A stretch of DNA of 64,000 nt from Eledone cirrhosa (Eukaryota), in contig OZ024740.1 of NCBI GenBank assembly GCA_964016885.1, forward strand, positions 275,652,001 through 275,716,000, given 5' to 3'. Within the stretch, counting starts at the first letter, position 1. The number at the start of each line of letters is the position of its first letter. Positions 1 through 10,920 of this stretch are shown one piece after another. Position numbers and translations under genes: made by a program. Below the pieces are notes generated by a model that was not told the DNA's origin, did no database searches, and saw only the letters and a program-made list of their open reading frames with translations.

Positions 1-88
1 CCTGAATTTCCTGAATGGTGGATTAGTGCATTAACCACTACACTAAAGAGGGGCTTGCCACAAAATCTGTCGTTTTAGAAGAGTTTAA

Positions 89-310
89 CTCTTTAGCATT
101 TAAACCGGCCATATCCGACCAGAATTCTCTCACCCCCTCTCTGTTGAAAGTGGCTGTAACCAGCCACTCATACCATTAATAAGGTATTTTTCTCAAAATA
201 AATAGTGTCAAAATCTCATAGATTTGATATTATGTGAAATAACTATGTGAGATAAAGCCTTTATTGTGAAAATACAACAGTATATATTGAGTAATGTAAA
301 TGCTAAAGTG
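89..310 (+). mobile_element. piggyBac-type MITE (~220 bp), copy 1
   Basis: TTAA at 85-88 and 311-314; termini CTCTTTAGCATTTA ... TAAATGCTAAAGTG match the CCCTTTAGCATTTA TIR of other copies; internal sequence shared with 31487-31697 and 58121-58341. Confidence 0.8.
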
Positions 311-763
311 TTAAGCTTATAGCTAGAAGTGTAAACAACTACTTGACATAGGAATTTGAAATGTAGCACTCACAGAGACTTCTATGCAATATTTCCCTCT
401 CAGAAGTTAATTTGAGCAAATTTTCTCAAATATTAAATATAGTGGTTTCCTATATATATGGTCATTTACGTTGGGACGAATAAATTTCAAATTTCAAATT
501 TTCCATCCTGATTTTTAAGTTTACATTTTTAACTACAGACTTTATTTTGTTTCTACTTCTAACATAAAATATTCTAAATAGATTGAAGGGGTGGCCAGCA
601 ACTCTTTGGTGAATGCAATAAGGTACTTTACCGTCATCAGATAGATCAGGGGTTCAATTCTTCACAGGTGATTCTCTCCACATTTTTCCATGTCAAAAAG
701 TACTTTATCTGATATTCTTAACTGTTATATGTAGTTATTGGATATTATAATTGTCATATATAT

Positions 764-868
764 ATAATTGTTTCTACTTTTGGCACAAGGCCAGCAAATA
801 CGCAGTGCATTACTAGTACTTTATTTTATCGACCCCGTAAGGATGAAAGGCAAAGTTAACCTTGGCGG
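764..868 (-). mobile_element. tRNA-derived SINE family A, 3' half
   Basis: Near-identical to the matching part of the full copy at 7464-7655 (TACTTTATTTTATCGACCCCGTAAGGATGAAAGGCAAAG). Confidence 0.8.
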
Positions 869-1114
869 TTATAAAATATATATAAATCGTAAAGTACAAA
901 TTTTTCTCTATCCATTCCACGCTCAATTTCGTACATAGTCCAAACATCCAATCTCGCAAAATCCGAAATCTGTATTTTTTGTTATCTATTTAAGGTTTAA
1001 ATACGGTGTTTTTGTCGTATTGAACAGAACAAATCTTGCAGTTTTGCTTTTTGTTAAATCGCTTGTTAAACATTCATAACCCTCCCTCCCGCCCCCACAC
1101 ACCACCATACTTAA

Positions 1115-1240
1115 TACGTGGACCAATCATAAGCCAGAGCCCCCCCCCCCACGCATCACCATCATTATTATAAGCCAGAGCCCCCCACCCCCACGCATCA
1201 CCATTATTATTATTACGCGGACCAAATCATAAGCCAGAGG
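1115..1240 (+). repeat. Tandem monomers in the LINE 5' leader
   Basis: ATAAGCCAGAG at 1129, 1170 and 1229; the first two are followed by a C-run and ACGCATCACCAT (41-bp spacing). Confidence 0.75.
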
Positions 1241-1261
1241 CCTATACTATCGCTTGCCCGG

Positions 1262-4200
1262 TTGCCTTCGATATATGATGGATGGATGGATGGACGGACG
1301 GACTGCGGAATCCTGGAGAGTGGAAGGGAGAGAAAAATCTGGACGCTCAGAGCGAAAATGCCAAAGTTAAAGTCAAATTCACCTCGTGGACGAGAATGCG
1401 AGCACTCCTCTTTGTTTCGTCCGCGGATGGCTAACATAACCCTATCTCCTCCCGCCCCCCACCACCCCCACCCTCCAAACGCAACCCAAAACTTCAGAGT
1501 TGGTACCATAAATGTAGGCACCCTAAAGGGTCGCGCTAACGAGGTTGTAGAAATGCTTGAACGTAAGGAGGTCGATGTTTGTTGTATTCAAGAGACCAGG
1601 TGGAGGGGTGGGTCTGCTAGATTCATTGAGGGTAAAAAACGATGTTATAAGCTTTTCTGGGTGGGAAACGACGATGGGCTGGGTGGAGTAGGAATCATGG
1701 TAGCAGAAAAGTGGGCAGATAAGATAATAGACGTAAATAGAGTGAACGACAGAATAATTAAAATAAGACTTGTCCTCAATAGAACTACGGTGACAGTAAT
1801 ATCTGCGTACGCACCCCAATCCGGACTGCCCGGCACTATAAAAGACAGATTCTATGAGACACTGTTGCTAACTACCTCCCAAATATCTGACAGTGACTAT
1901 ATAATTATTGCAGGCGACCTAAATGGTCACGTTGGACAACATTGTGACGGCTACGACGAAATCCATGGAGGCTATGGGTTTGGTACTAGAAATGAGGAAG
2001 GCTCCAGAATCCTGGAATACTGTGATGCAAATAACCTAACTATCTGTAACACTAACTTCAAAAAACGTGACAATCACCTGATCACCTATAGATCCGGGGA
2101 ACACACAAGCCAGGTAGATTATATCCTTACCAGAAGACGTGACAGAGTGTCTGTTGTAAACACTAAATCCCTCCCCCATGAAGAATGCACCTCCCAACAT
2201 AGACTGATAATTAGCGACCTCATAGTCAGGACGAGACGTACTCGACAGCAGAAGAGGACTATCCTCAGGAGGAAAATATGGAAACTAAAGGACCCCACAG
2301 CCAGAAATAAATTTCAAAGCATATTACTTGATGCTTACGACAGTAAGGAAGAGCATCTAGAATCGGACAATATAGAGGGACAGTGGGAATTTCGGAAAGC
2401 AAACCTGCTGTTGGCGACAGACGAAGTCTGTGGCTGGAGCAGGCCTGTAGGCAGGAGGAGAGTAACATGGTGGTGGAACAGTAGGGTGGAGGGGTCAATT
2501 AAGGCCAAAAAGCAGGCTTGGAAAGTATGGCGGGATGGGGGAAGTAGAGTAGACTATCAAGTGGCCAGGAGGGAAGCTAGGAGAGAAGTGTACTTAGCAA
2601 GAAGGGAAGCTGAGGAAAGAAAGTTCAAGCATGTTCTACAACGCGATGACCAAAAACGTGAGGTGTTCAGGATTGCCAGGCAATGCGTCAAGGAAAACCG
2701 TGATATTGTCGGGGAGAAGTGTGTACTTAACGATGATGGCATACTTGCCATCACCGACACTGATAAGAAGGTAGCTTGGAAGTGTCACTATGAAAGGCTA
2801 CTAAATGAGGAGAATAAATGGGAGAAAGACAGTCTCCCCCATATCGACCCGATAGAGGGACCAGCAGTGTTAGTCGAGGGGAGTATAATAAGTAAAGCAA
2901 TCAAGGATATGAAGACTGGTAAGGCGGCTGGGCCTTCGGAAATAGTTGCTGAGATGCTGAAGGCATCTGGCACGGTGGGACACACCATGGTCACCCGCAT
3001 AGTTAACCAAGTCGTACAGAATGGGGTTGTTCCGAAGGACTGGCATAGCAGCATCATCGTTAACTGTTATAAGGGTAAAGGAGACGCCCTAGATAGGAGT
3101 AACTATAGAGGCATTAAATTAATCGACCAGGTCATGAAGGTCACGGAAAAAGTAATAGCGCAACTAATCAGAGAGAGAATTGATCTAGATGAAATGCAGT
3201 TCGGGTTTGTGTCAGGCAAAAGCACCACAGACGCTCTTTTCATAGTACGACAACTACAGGAGAAGTACCTAGCTAAAGGTAAACCCCTCTACTTAGCTTT
3301 TGTCGACCTGGAGAAAGCCTTCGACAGAGTCCCCCGCTCCATTATCTGGTGGGCTCTTAGAAAACTAGGCGTTGACGAATGGCTTGTGAGGGCTATACAA
3401 GCCATGTATAAAGAAACAGTCAGCAAGGTTAGAATTAACAACGAATATAGTGAAGAGTTTAGCGTAAAAGTTGGCGTCCATCAGGGCTCTGTTCTCAGCC
3501 CCCTACTATTTATTATTGCCCTTCAGGCTATAACAGAGGAGTTCAAGACAGGCTGCCCATGGGAACTCCTATACGCAGACGACCTGACACTCATAGCGGA
3601 ATCAATGGCCGAGCTAGAGAAGAAATTCCAAACATGGAAGCACGGCCTAGAGTCAAAAGGACTTAAAATTAACCTGGCTAAGACCAAAGTTCTAGTTTGT
3701 AGGAAAGAAAACAAGGCGGCGGTCCCTTCTGGGAAATGGTCGTGCTCGGTATGTAGGAAAGGCGTAGGTAGAAACTCCATCTTATGTCCTAAATGCAAAG
3801 TATGGGTGCATAAAAGATGTAATGGGATCACAGGTAAGCTAACTAAGAACATAGACTTTACATGTGGCCGGTGTTCTGGTGCAATAAGTAGCAGCAAGTG
3901 CCCACAAAATACTAGCTCTTTCAATTGCGCAGAGGGTTCTATAGAAATAGTGGACAGCTTCCGTTACCTGGGCGATAAAATCAGCAGTGGGGGAGGGTGC
4001 TCTGAAAGTACTGTAGCTAGAGTCAGAACTGGTTGGAAAAAGTTCAGAGAGCTTATACCACTATTAGCTGCTAAAGGGTTCTCCCTAAAAATGAAAGGCA
4101 GGTTGTACGATGCCTGCATACGAACAGCAATGTTGCATGGTAGTGAGACCTGGGCATTGTGTGCAGAGGATATACGCAGACTAGAGAGGAACGAAGCTTG

Positions 4201-4540
4201 CATGCTCCGCTGGATGTGTAACAGTAATATACGTGAACGGCAAAGCATAAACGAACTAAGGAAAAAATTAGAGATAAGAGGGATCAGATGTTGTTTACTC
4301 GAGAGAAGGCTGCGTTGGTATGGACACGTGATGCGCATGAAAGTCGATAGCTGTATTACAAAGTGCAGGGCAATAAAGATAGACGGTAGCCACGGAATAG
4401 GCAGACCTAGAAAAACATGGGATGAGCTGATAAACTCCGACCTCACACACTTACACCTCTCCAAGACAATGTCACTGGACCGTGACCTTTGGCGGTACTC
4501 AGTAACAGAGAAGACCCGCCTTGCCAGTAGGCATCTCTAA
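1262..4540 (+). CDS. RTE LINE polyprotein: APE-type endonuclease + reverse transcriptase + PHD-like zinc finger
   Basis: Endonuclease motifs GTINVGTL, IQETRW, SAYAPQ, GDLNGHVG, SQVDYIL, SQHRL; RT motifs NYRGIKL, QFGF, FVDLEKAFDRV, GVHQGSVLSPLLF, YADD, FRYLG; RTE C-terminus RLRWYGHV...GRPRKTW. No internal stops. The track starts at TTG; the real start is more likely ATG 1286, 1358 or 1427. Confidence 0.93.
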   Translation: MPSIYDGWMDGRTDCGILESGRERKIWTLRAKMPKLKSNSPRGRECEHSSLFRPRMANITLSPPAPHHPHPPNATQNFRVGTINVGTLKGRANEVVEMLERKEVDVCCIQETRWRGGSARFIEGKKRCYKLFWVGNDDGLGGVGIMVAEKWADKIIDVNRVNDRIIKIRLVLNRTTVTVISAYAPQSGLPGTIKDRFYETLLLTTSQISDSDYIIIAGDLNGHVGQHCDGYDEIHGGYGFGTRNEEGSRILEYCDANNLTICNTNFKKRDNHLITYRSGEHTSQVDYILTRRRDRVSVVNTKSLPHEECTSQHRLIISDLIVRTRRTRQQKRTILRRKIWKLKDPTARNKFQSILLDAYDSKEEHLESDNIEGQWEFRKANLLLATDEVCGWSRPVGRRRVTWWWNSRVEGSIKAKKQAWKVWRDGGSRVDYQVARREARREVYLARREAEERKFKHVLQRDDQKREVFRIARQCVKENRDIVGEKCVLNDDGILAITDTDKKVAWKCHYERLLNEENKWEKDSLPHIDPIEGPAVLVEGSIISKAIKDMKTGKAAGPSEIVAEMLKASGTVGHTMVTRIVNQVVQNGVVPKDWHSSIIVNCYKGKGDALDRSNYRGIKLIDQVMKVTEKVIAQLIRERIDLDEMQFGFVSGKSTTDALFIVRQLQEKYLAKGKPLYLAFVDLEKAFDRVPRSIIWWALRKLGVDEWLVRAIQAMYKETVSKVRINNEYSEEFSVKVGVHQGSVLSPLLFIIALQAITEEFKTGCPWELLYADDLTLIAESMAELEKKFQTWKHGLESKGLKINLAKTKVLVCRKENKAAVPSGKWSCSVCRKGVGRNSILCPKCKVWVHKRCNGITGKLTKNIDFTCGRCSGAISSSKCPQNTSSFNCAEGSIEIVDSFRYLGDKISSGGGCSESTVARVRTGWKKFRELIPLLAAKGFSLKMKGRLYDACIRTAMLHGSETWALCAEDIRRLERNEACMLRWMCNSNIRERQSINELRKKLEIRGIRCCLLERRLRWYGHVMRMKVDSCITKCRAIKIDGSHGIGRPRKTWDELINSDLTHLHLSKTMSLDRDLWRYSVTEKTRLASRHL

Positions 4541-4904
4541 CAAAATACACCCCGTCCCGCCACCACCCCCACCCCATCCACACCACCCCGATCTATGTAA
4601 AGTTATGTTGGTGCCGCGCCATCCAGGCCGAAACAAATGAGATCGTGTAGGTGTCACGACAAAAAAACACACAGTCCACGCTGTAATGTGGCCGTGTAGG
4701 CAACACGGTAAAAACCTCCCAGACCCACACTGTAAATGTGGTTGGTGTTAGGAAGGGCATCCAACTGTAGAAAACCTGCCAGACAGTCCTATGCGAGCAA
4801 GACAATCACTCTTGCCTCAAGTGGGACTACCCCCGTCCAAACCCATGCAAGCGTGGAACACGGACGTTAAACGTTGATGATGATGATGATGATGATATAT
4901 ATAT

Positions 4905-7163
4905 AGTTCAAGCATGTTCTACAACACGAGGACCAAAAACGTGAGGTGTTCAGGATTGCTAGGCAATGTGTCAAGGAAAACCGTGATATTGTCGGGGAGA
5001 AGTGTGTCCTTAATGATGATGGTGTACTTGCCATCACTGACGCTGATAAGAAGGTAGCTTGGAAGTGTCACTACGAAAGGCTACTAAATGAGGAGAATAA
5101 ATGGGAGAAAGACAGTCTCCCCCATATCAATCCAATAGAGGGACCAGCAGTGTTAGTCGAAGGTAGTATAATAAGTAAGGCAATCAAAGATATGAAGACG
5201 GGTAAGGCGGCTGGGCCTTCGGAAATAGTTGCTGAAATGCTGAAAGCTTCTGGAACGGTGGGACACATCATGGTCACCCGGATATTAAACCAAGTCATAC
5301 AGAATGGGGTTGTTCCGAAGGACTGGCATAGCAGCATCATCATTAACTGCTACAAGGGTAAAGGAGATGCCCTAGATAGGGGAAACTATAGAGGCATTAA
5401 ATTTATTGACCAGGTCATGAAGGTCACAGAAAAAGTAATAGCGCAACTAATCAGAGAGAGAATTGATCTAGATGAAATGCAGTTCGGGTTTGTGTCAGGT
5501 AAAAGTACCACAGACGCTCTTTTCATTGTACAACAACTACAGGAGAAGTATCTAGCTAAAAGTAAACCCCTATACTTAGCTTTTGTCGACTTGGAGAAAT
5601 CCTTCGACAGAGTCCCCCATTCTATAATCTGGTGGGCTCTTAGAAAACTAGGTGTTGATGAATGGCTTGTGAGAGCTATACAAGCCATGTATAAAGAAAC
5701 AGTCAGCAAGGTTAGAATTAACAACGAATATAGTGAAGAGTTTAGCGTAAAAGTTGGTGTTCATCAGGCTATAACAGAGGAGTTTAAGACCGACTGCCCA
5801 TGGGAACTCCTATACGCAGATGATCTAACGCTCATAGCTGAATCAAATGCCGAACTAGAGAAGAAATTCCAAAAATGGAAGCATGGCCTAGAATCAAAAG
5901 GCCTTAAAATTAACCTGTCTAAGACTAAAGTCTAGTTTGTAGGAAGGAAAATAGGGCACCGGTCCCTTCCGGGAAATGGCCATGCTCAGTGTGTAGGAAA
6001 GGAGTAGGTAGAAACTTCATTTTATGTCCCAAATGCAAAGTATGGGTGCATAAAAGATGTAGTGGGATCACAGGTAAGCTAACTAAGAACATAGATTTTA
6101 TATGTGGCCGGTGCTCTGGTACAATAAGTAGCAGCAAGTGCCCACACAATACTAGCACATTCCATTGCACAGATTGTTCTATAGAAATAGTGGACACCTT
6201 CCGTTACTTGGGTGACAAAATCAGCAGTGGTGGAGGGTGCTCTGAAAGTACAGTAGCTAGAGTCAGAACTGGATGGAAAAAGTTCAGAGAGCTTATACCA
6301 CTATTAGCTGCTAAAGGGTTCTCTCTAAAAATGAAAGGCAGGCTGTATGATGCCTGCATACGAACAGCAATGTTACATGGCAGTGAGACCTGGGCATTGT
6401 GTGCAGAGGATATATGCAAACTGGAGAGGAACGAAGCTTGCATGCTCCGCTGGATGTCTAATAGTAATATACATGAATGGCAAAGCATAAACGAACTAAT
6501 GGAAAAATTAGAAATAAGAGGGATCAGATGTTGTTTATTTGAGAGAAGACTATGTTGGTATGGTCACGTGATGAGCATGAAAGACGACAGCTGTATAACA
6601 AAGGTGCAGGGCAATAAAAATAGATGGTAGCCACGGAGTAGGCAGATCCAGAAAAACCTGGGATGACTTGATAAATTCCGACCTCACACACTTACACCTC
6701 TCCAAGATAATGTCACTGGACTGAGTAATACAGAAGACAGTAATACAGAAGACCCGGCTTACCTAAGTACAAAGTGAAACCTACTACAGTCAGGAGGCAC
6801 CTCTAACAAAATACACCCCCGTCCCACTACCCCCACCCCATCCACACCACCCCTTTCAATGTAAAGTTATGTTGGTACCACAACATCCAGTGCGAAACAA
6901 ATGAGGTCGTGTAGGTGTCACGACAAAAAAAACACTCAGTCCATGCTGTAATGTGGCCATGTAGGTAACACGGTAAAAACCTCCCAGTCCCCTCTGTAAA
7001 TGTGGTTGGTGTTAGGAAGGGCATCCAGCCGTAGAAAACCCGCCAGACAGTCCTATACGAGCAAGACAACCACTCTTGCCTTAAGTGGGAAAACTCCCGT
7101 CCCAACCCATGCAAAGCGTGGAAGATGGACATTAAAAGATGATGATGATGATGATGATGATGA
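4905..7163 (+). pseudogene. 5'-truncated, frameshifted sister RTE copy directly in tandem
   Basis: Colinear with 2622-4895 of copy 1; 42-bp in-frame deletion near 5766 (HQGSVLSPLLFIIALQA to HQA), frameshifts near 5931 and 6603; 3' UTR and (TGA)n tail. Confidence 0.92.
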
Positions 7164-7167
7164 TATA

Positions 7168-7423
7168 TGTGCCACGGCAAAAAAGCACCCAGCCCACACG
7201 GTAAAGTGGATATGTAGGCGCCACGGAAAAAGCACCCAGCACTCACTGTAAATGAGGTTGGTGTTATGAAGGGCATCCAGCTGTAGAAATCAAGCCAAAA
7301 TCAGTTCCTGTATGAGCAAGGCATGGTCAGCCGACCAGACACTGCCCGCAACAGGACAACCCGTCTAACCCATGCTAGCATGGAAAAACGGACGTAAAAC
7401 GGTGATGATGATGATGATGATGA
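7168..7423 (+). mobile_element. RTE-type 3' tail fragment (related subfamily)
   Basis: GTTGGTGTTATGAAGGGCATCCAGCTGTAGAAA ... CCATGCTAGCATGG ... GGACGTAAAACGG(TGA)n. Confidence 0.8.
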
Positions 7424-7463
7424 TATATATATATAATGATGTTTATATATAACATATATATAT

Positions 7464-7655
7464 ATAATTGTTTCTACTTTAGGCACAAGGCCAGCAATTA
7501 GCCAGTGCATTACTGGTACTTTATTTTATCGACCCCGTAAGGATGAAAGGCAAAGTAAACCTCGGCGGGATTTGAACTCAGACCGTAAAGGGACGTAACT
7601 ATGCTGGAAAGCATGGCGTCCGACCCTCTACCGACACTGCCAATCCACCACCCTT
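7464..7655 (-). mobile_element. tRNA-derived SINE family A, full length (Nin/Deu-like central domain)
   Basis: Minus strand has A-box-like TGGCAGTGTCGG, B-box GTTCAAATCC and central GCCTTTCATCCTTACGGGGTCGATAAAATAAAGTACC; many copies in the window. The domain assignment is from memory. Confidence 0.82.
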
Positions 7656-7699
7656 ATATATATATATATATAATGATGTTTAGGTGGATTCTCGATATA

Positions 7700-7950
7700 T
7701 ACCAGCAGGTGACCACAGTTATAAAAGGTACTTAATGTATTTGTAGAGTACTAGAATATTTATTTTATTAAAGAAATGATACATGACTAGAACTGATTTA
7801 TTCATATGAAATCATCAGGAAAGTTCTGATGATTTCTTTCAAATGAAACAGATCTAGTCCTGTAGAAGCCATTTCTATATTGAATATTTATACTCTGCTA
7901 TGTATTGTGTACCTTACTTACTGTGGTTTCTCCCTATTGAACCCTGGATA
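7700..7950. mobile_element. Palindromic repeat with head-to-head hammerhead cores (Penelope pLTR-like)
   Basis: Diverged ~120-bp inverted arms centred on GAAATCATCAG-GAAAGTT-CTGATGATTTC; homologous to 26400-26535 and 49841-50017. Confidence 0.6.
7826..7870 (+). ncRNA. Hammerhead ribozyme core (type I, 5' strand of stem I disrupted)
   Basis: CTGATGA-TTTCTTTCAAAT-GAAA-CAG-ATCTAGTC-CTG-TA-GAAGCC. Confidence 0.5.
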
Positions 7951-7965
7951 AAGACACCGACACAC

Positions 7966-8308
7966 TCATCATCATCATCATTTCATTTTACGTCCGCTTT
8001 TGCCTGCTTGCAAGGGTGGGATGGGAACTGATTCTGGCTTGATTTCTACAGCTGGATGCCCTTCCTAACACCAACCTCATTTACAGTGAGTGCTGGGGGG
8101 TTTTTTGCCGTGGCACCTCCACGACCACTTTGCAGTGGAATGATAGGGACCCTAGTCCCTATCATCTCATTTCTACAGCTGAGTAAACTGGAGCAATGTG
8201 AAATAAAGTGTCTTGCTCAAGGAAACAACACATCACCCAGTCTGAGAATTGAACTCACAACCTTTCGATTGCAAGGCTAATGCTCTAACCACTAAGCCAT
8301 GTGCCTCC

Positions 8309-8309
<1 letters not shown>
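7966..8309 (-). mobile_element. tRNA-derived SINE family B with RTE-derived 3' tail
   Basis: Reverse complement of 25605-25945; A-box TGGCTTAGTGG, B-box GTTCAATTC; (TGA)n tail. Confidence 0.85.
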
Positions 8310-8339
<30 letters not shown>

Positions 8340-8971
8340 TACATATATATACAATATATATACATATATATGTAAATGAAACTTTCTCATTTTTTCTATT
8401 AGGTATATATATATATATAATACCTACACACATTGTTATACATACAGTCTCTCATATGTCGATTTATTAAATTTATTTAGCTAAATCAGTTGCATGAACA
8501 GACAGAAATATATGTATACATACATTTTCTAAATGTGTAACAAAGAAGATATATATACATGCATATATATTTATGTACCTATGTGTATGGATGTGTGTAT
8601 GGATGTATGGATGTGTGCATATGTGTATGCTGAGATTTCATATAAAATAACATTTCAAAATTGTTAATTTTCTTAACATCAGCGAAATATGCTGCTTGGA
8701 GACTTTAAAACAAATACAGACAGAAATATAATGGTAAATCTAATAAGGAGAAAAGTGAATTTCCAAGAAACCACAAGTTAACTTGTGTGTAAATGTGCAT
8801 AAAGATGCACATATTGATGTACATACAGACAAATACACATGCATTTATATACATATATATTTATATATATATATGTATCTATATATATATGTATGTATGT
8901 ATATATATATAAGTATGTATGTATATATACATATACATACATATGTATATATGTATGTATGTATGTATGTA

Positions 8972-9010
<39 letters not shown>

Positions 9011-9070
9011 AAATGTATACATATCTATATGTATATATATATATTTATGTTTCTATTTACCACATCTGTA

Positions 9071-9126
<56 letters not shown>

Positions 9127-10258
9127 CTCATACTTTATTGCATTTTCTTCTAATCTATTAATATGTGTTTAATTTTAATTTCCATGATTCTGTTATTATT
9201 GTTGTTGTCATTTTTATTGTCATTGTTTTAATTTTGCCTTTGTGTGGTTTGTCAAAATGTCCCTCCAACCACTCTCCTATAAATACACACACACACACAC
9301 ATGTACACACACACGTACACACACATGTACACACACCACACACACATATGTGTGTATGAATGTATATATATATATATATAACTTTAATATTATATATATA
9401 TTTATATATATATACACATATATACATACATATATATATATACATATATATACATATACATATATATATATATATATATATAATATATATATATTCTCAC
9501 ATATACATAAATACATGTTTATATACATATATATATATATATTCTTACATATACATAAATACATGTTTTACACACACACATATATATATATATGAGCATA
9601 CTTGTATACACATTCATACATATACTATAAGTTTGATTTTTTCTTTGTAACTGTTCTCAGTTTTTGTTATATTTTTGAGTTTTGGTTTTGTTCTATATTC
9701 TTAAAGATATTTTTTTAATTTTTATATTTTTAGCAAATTCTACTTTACTTAACTTTACCTCATATTACCAGATTCCATCTTTGAGGAATCATTCCTAACC
9801 TAAGAGAATGGAAAGCTGAAACTGAAACAAAATAAATATGCCTTTTTCACTCTACAGTAATTTCATTAAACTCGAAGAAATGCCGATAATTCAAAGAGTG
9901 TGAACTGCCAACATTCTCAAAGGATTCACTCTCCAAAGTTTTCATTGCGTCTTGTCAAATTTATGTATGGCTTATTGAAGGAAACATGGAAAAATTTCTA
10001 TTTCCCTTAAGCTTACACATATCTGATTGTTTATTTGAAGTTAATGGAAAAGCTATTCTTAGTCATGTTTATTTAATTCATAAATGTAGGTAATAATCTC
10101 ATTTTACGATGAGATCAGCCCTTTCCCTTAAGAGCGAACTATTAACATTGTTTTCAGATGCTTTCAAATTTTCAAATATTGTATTATCAGTGCATATCTC
10201 TAAGTGTTCATGTGTGTATATATATAGTGTAAGTATGTGTATGTATGTATATGTATGG

Positions 10259-10289
<31 letters not shown>

Positions 10290-10482
10290 GTATATAAATA
10301 TATATATATATATACATAAATATACATATATAAATATACAACATATATAAACATGCATACATACATATCTGTGTGTGTGTGTGTTTGTGAGTGAGTATGT
10401 ATGTGTGTGCATGTGTGTATGTGTGTATGTGTGTGTATGTGTGTGTATGTGTGTGTATGTGTGTATGTGTGTGTGTGTGTGT
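8310..10482. repeat. Region rich in (TA)n/(CA)n/(TATG)n microsatellites
   Basis: Multiple dinucleotide runs; the YIYI/HTHT ORFs here are by-products. Confidence 0.9.
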
Positions 10483-10920
10483 ACATCCGTTATCAATCAT
10501 TCTATCACTAAAATCAGATTAGTCTTTTGAAATTAGCCAAATATTATTCATTAAAAATTATCACAAGATTATTCAATGAAGTTCAGAATGGAATAATTAG
10601 ATATGAAGAGCTACACAACAGAGAAGCAAAGGTGTTTGTTGTACTACAAAGGTAAAGAGGTTGGTTGGGAGGAATGGAAGGGGGAAAAGGGAAGTCGTTT
10701 TGAAAGTGGGAATGGGTGGCAATGTTTGTTATGTTGCTATAATATTGCTAGTTGACATTGGATTATAAATGACAGTTTTGTTGTATTCTTTGTAATTTAG
10801 TTTGAGAAAGTGGAAGTGGGGGTGTTGATGCCGTGCCTCAATACTATAACCATAAGACTTAGCTTTTCCAGAGTTTTCTATATGATATGATTTAAGAGTG
10901 GTATATTATAATTAGTCGAG

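Larger units (their letters stand above)
885..4895 (+). mobile_element. Apparently full-length RTE-clade non-LTR retrotransposon (LINE)
   Basis: ~400-500 bp 5' leader, single EN-RT ORF, ~350 bp 3' UTR ending GGACGTTAAACGT(TGA)n; short TA runs on both sides. The 5' boundary is approximate. Confidence 0.9.

Noticed and set aside
1213-4805. Antisense ORFs over the LINE (and over the other LINE copies)
   Set aside because: Shadow frames of the RT ORF or UTR with no recognisable motifs; their recurrence simply reflects copy homology.
8233-10500. YIYI/HTHT-type ORFs here and at 26-27 kb, 46-48 kb, 52 kb and 56 kb
   Set aside because: Translations of dinucleotide microsatellites.
10519-10655. Possible exon (about 45 open codons)
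   Set aside because: Weak acceptor and no homology recognised.
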